Below, one piece after another: positions 61,887 through 64,000 of a DNA stretch of 64,000 nt (its first letter is position 1; every line of letters begins with the position of its first letter). Made by a program: the position numbers and the translations under genes. The stretch lies in assembly GCA_907165135.1 (NCBI GenBank), contig OU015566.1, positions 1 through 64,000 on the forward strand, written 5' to 3'. This DNA is from Oikopleura dioica (taxonomy: Eukaryota > Animalia > Chordata). The notes under the pieces were generated by a model. That model saw only the letters and a program-made list of their open reading frames with translations. It had not been told where the DNA came from and searched no databases.

Positions 61887-64000
61887 TTAAAGAGCCGTTT
61901 CTGGGCTAAAAATAAGCTCACCATTAGCGCGCTCGTGATTTGGAAAATTATCGCAAAAAAATTGATCAATAATTTCTCGCGCTTCATATTTTCTAAGATG
62001 GAAGACGCCTTTTATATCATAAAATGCTGCAAGGGCCTTTAATTCAGGTTTACTAAACTCGCTTAATTTTGTCGGTTTTAAAACAACGAATATTCCGTAG
62101 AAAAGAAACTCCCCGTTCGTTGCCTTTTTCCAAAATTTAAAATTCTTTTGAACATGATTTCTAATTTTAAGCCTTAGTTCGGAAAGCTCATCATTTTCCC
62201 AATTATCTAATTCAAATTTGTTAGCTATGTATTTAAGCATTAGCATTGAAAGCTCGCTAAGCTTACAGAAAATTCCTTTTTCGATCGACATATTCTGTTT
62301 ACACTGATCATAAATTAGGTCGAATTGATCAAAAAGCTGTTGATTTTCATTTTGTAATTTAAAATTTATTGAAAAATCCATTCTGTCCGTCTGCTCGGCA
62401 AGTGCAATCTCAAAATTGTCGCTGTCTAAAATTTGGCACTTGCCTGAACGTCCAGAATTGGAATCTTTTGACGACTCCCTTCCTCGTTTTTTTGGATTTG
62501 AGGGATTGTGGCTTACATCTAGGTTGTCAAAACTAGGTAAATTTTCACCATTTATCTGTGTCTCAGTTTCGGTAATGCGCTCAAGATTCTCATTATCTAG
62601 ACTCGAACTATCCGAAGTTTCAACGATATTCTGAAATCGACTATTTTTAATGATTGGTGAATCAAGAGAACCAGAGCTATTACTGTTTGATTTTTCAGGC
62701 GTATTAGGGTCACAAAATGTAAGTTTTTTGTTATGATTTGGTTGGGCTTGGCTATTATTGTCTGAGTTTTCTGAAGAATCAAGGTCCGAAAAAGTGATTT
62801 TTCTGCGGATATTTTCTGGCTTTGGGGCTATACTAGGGGTATTATGCGGAGGAACTGGCTCACTAGTCTCGGGCGCAGCGTTGCTCGAAATCGGGTCTGC
62901 CTGGGCTTCGCGGCCGTTATCAGTTATTTCGGGCTGAAAACTGATTTTCTTTGGAAATTTTAGCATGACTATCGGGTCAATAAGAGCCTGATCTGGGCTC
63001 TCGTTTTCAAAATCACTATCAGAACTTGTCTCTGATTCGGAGACATTTTCAGGGACGTGCTCTGTAATGTTATTCGGCGACTGCGCAATCTCTCCACTGA
63101 AGCTTCTACTTTCAGACCTTTCCCGATAATTTATTTCTGGTTCAGAAATATGGCTACTTTCGGAAAAATGATTTCCTCCAGAAGCGCTAACAACTACCGG
63201 AAAAAACATTTCTTCTTCCTCTTCCGACTCGAAATTCAATTGCTCTTGAGCATACGGATTCCGATCATCTATTTCTAACTCGGCAGTTCTTTCCGCACTT
63301 TCTTCGGCATCTTTATCTGTACTACGTTCAATATACTTTCTAAGGTCACAACCGTGTCTTTTGTATTCATACCCAGTTTGTAAATTTTTCAAAGTGTACC
63401 AGGTAGATTTTGAAGATTTACTTATTATCAGAAACGGTCCTACAAACGGTGGATAATTCGAACGCAAGTTTTTCATCAGAACCTTGGAACCAATTTCGTA
63501 TTCAATATACTTTGAATTAGAATACTTTTCGACTCTTTTACTCTTTTCGACCTCGATTTTTTCTTTGATTTTTCCGAAATCAATATCAATCTTTTCGCCG
63601 TATTTTCTAAAAAGAGGATCATTCGGATTGTGTACTTCCGCGACGCCGGTTTCAATTTGAAATGGACTGTACTCCGAGACAGAATGAATACTACCGTTTA
63701 TTCCATGAACAACTTGAAAAATCCAATTGTCCCAATTTTCCATATTACAAATGGCGCGAAGACGGCTCTTTATCGTGCGATTTACTACTTCAATACCGCC
63801 GTTTGTCTGAGGATGATACGGCGGACTCAACTTGTGCTCAATTCCTTTTTCTTTCAAAAATTCAGCTACCCCGAAAAACTCTGTTCCGTTATCAGAAAGA
63901 ACACTTTTTGGAACATGCGGAATAGAAAAAACGATTCTTTTGAATTTCTCCAAAACTTCATATTTATTTTTCGAAGAAAGAGGCTCCGCGTATACTTTTT
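61887..64000 (-). CDS. pol: Integrase core, GPF motif, long Ser/Glu-rich linker and tandem HEH-like tail of D Pol
   Basis: VLSDNGTEF, PQTNGGIEVVNRTIKSRL, PPFVGPF; C-terminus LSEFSKPELKALAAFYDIKGVFHLRK. Confidence 0.93.
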   Translation of the reverse strand, partial: KVYAEPLSSKNKYEVLEKFKRIVFSIPHVPKSVLSDNGTEFFGVAEFLKEKGIEHKLSPPYHPQTNGGIEVVNRTIKSRLRAICNMENWDNWIFQVVHGINGSIHSVSEYSPFQIETGVAEVHNPNDPLFRKYGEKIDIDFGKIKEKIEVEKSKRVEKYSNSKYIEYEIGSKVLMKNLRSNYPPFVGPFLIISKSSKSTWYTLKNLQTGYEYKRHGCDLRKYIERSTDKDAEESAERTAELEIDDRNPYAQEQLNFESEEEEEMFFPVVVSASGGNHFSESSHISEPEINYRERSESRSFSGEIAQSPNNITEHVPENVSESETSSDSDFENESPDQALIDPIVMLKFPKKISFQPEITDNGREAQADPISSNAAPETSEPVPPHNTPSIAPKPENIRRKITFSDLDSSENSDNNSQAQPNHNKKLTFCDPNTPEKSNSNSSGSLDSPIIKNSRFQNIVETSDSSSLDNENLERITETETQINGENLPSFDNLDVSHNPSNPKKRGRESSKDSNSGRSGKCQILDSDNFEIALAEQTDRMDFSINFKLQNENQQLFDQFDLIYDQCKQNMSIEKGIFCKLSELSMLMLKYIANKFELDNWENDELSELRLKIRNHVQKNFKFWKKATNGEFLFYGIFVVLKPTKLSEFSKPELKALAAFYDIKGVFHLRKYEAREIIDQFFCDNFPNHERANGELIFSPETAL

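Larger units (their letters stand above)
60020..64000 (-). mobile_element. Gypsy LTR retrotransposon family D (3' LTR and integrase half; continues beyond the window)
   Basis: LTR with TGATAC...GTATCA ends inserted after satellite ...gcagaaacgc; integrase ORF. Confidence 0.9.

Overview
Eukaryotic chromosome end with no host genes. Bases 1-2372 are a (CCCTAA)n/TTAGGG telomere fused directly into the protease region of a Ty3/gypsy-type LTR retrotransposon. The rest is an AT-rich ~165-172 bp satellite, interrupted by at least five related gypsy lineages, which I label A, A', B, C, D plus fragment E. Family A is present in three copies of one insertion, arranged -/+/-. A ~57-bp hairpin-forming minisatellite lies at 39.3-41.3 kb. 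The elements have 1.0-1.7 kb LTRs with T(G/A)ATA...TATCA ends and 5-bp TSDs. Their gag ATG is formed by the LTR/PBS junction, and gag-pol is joined by an A AAA AAC -1 frameshift site. The most unusual features are: (1) integrase ends in a tandem helix-extension-helix (Rho_N/SAP-like) module instead of a chromodomain, a candidate satellite-targeting domain; (2) a 39-nt cDNA copy of the mature primer tRNA (CCA, substituted position 58, stop near position 37) is frozen at the end of a 5'-truncated element; (3) a sequence mimicking that tRNA's 3' end occupies the usual polypurine-tract position next to the 3' LTR. Many ORF breaks fall in homopolymers and are probably long-read errors. The organism cannot be determined from the sequence alone.
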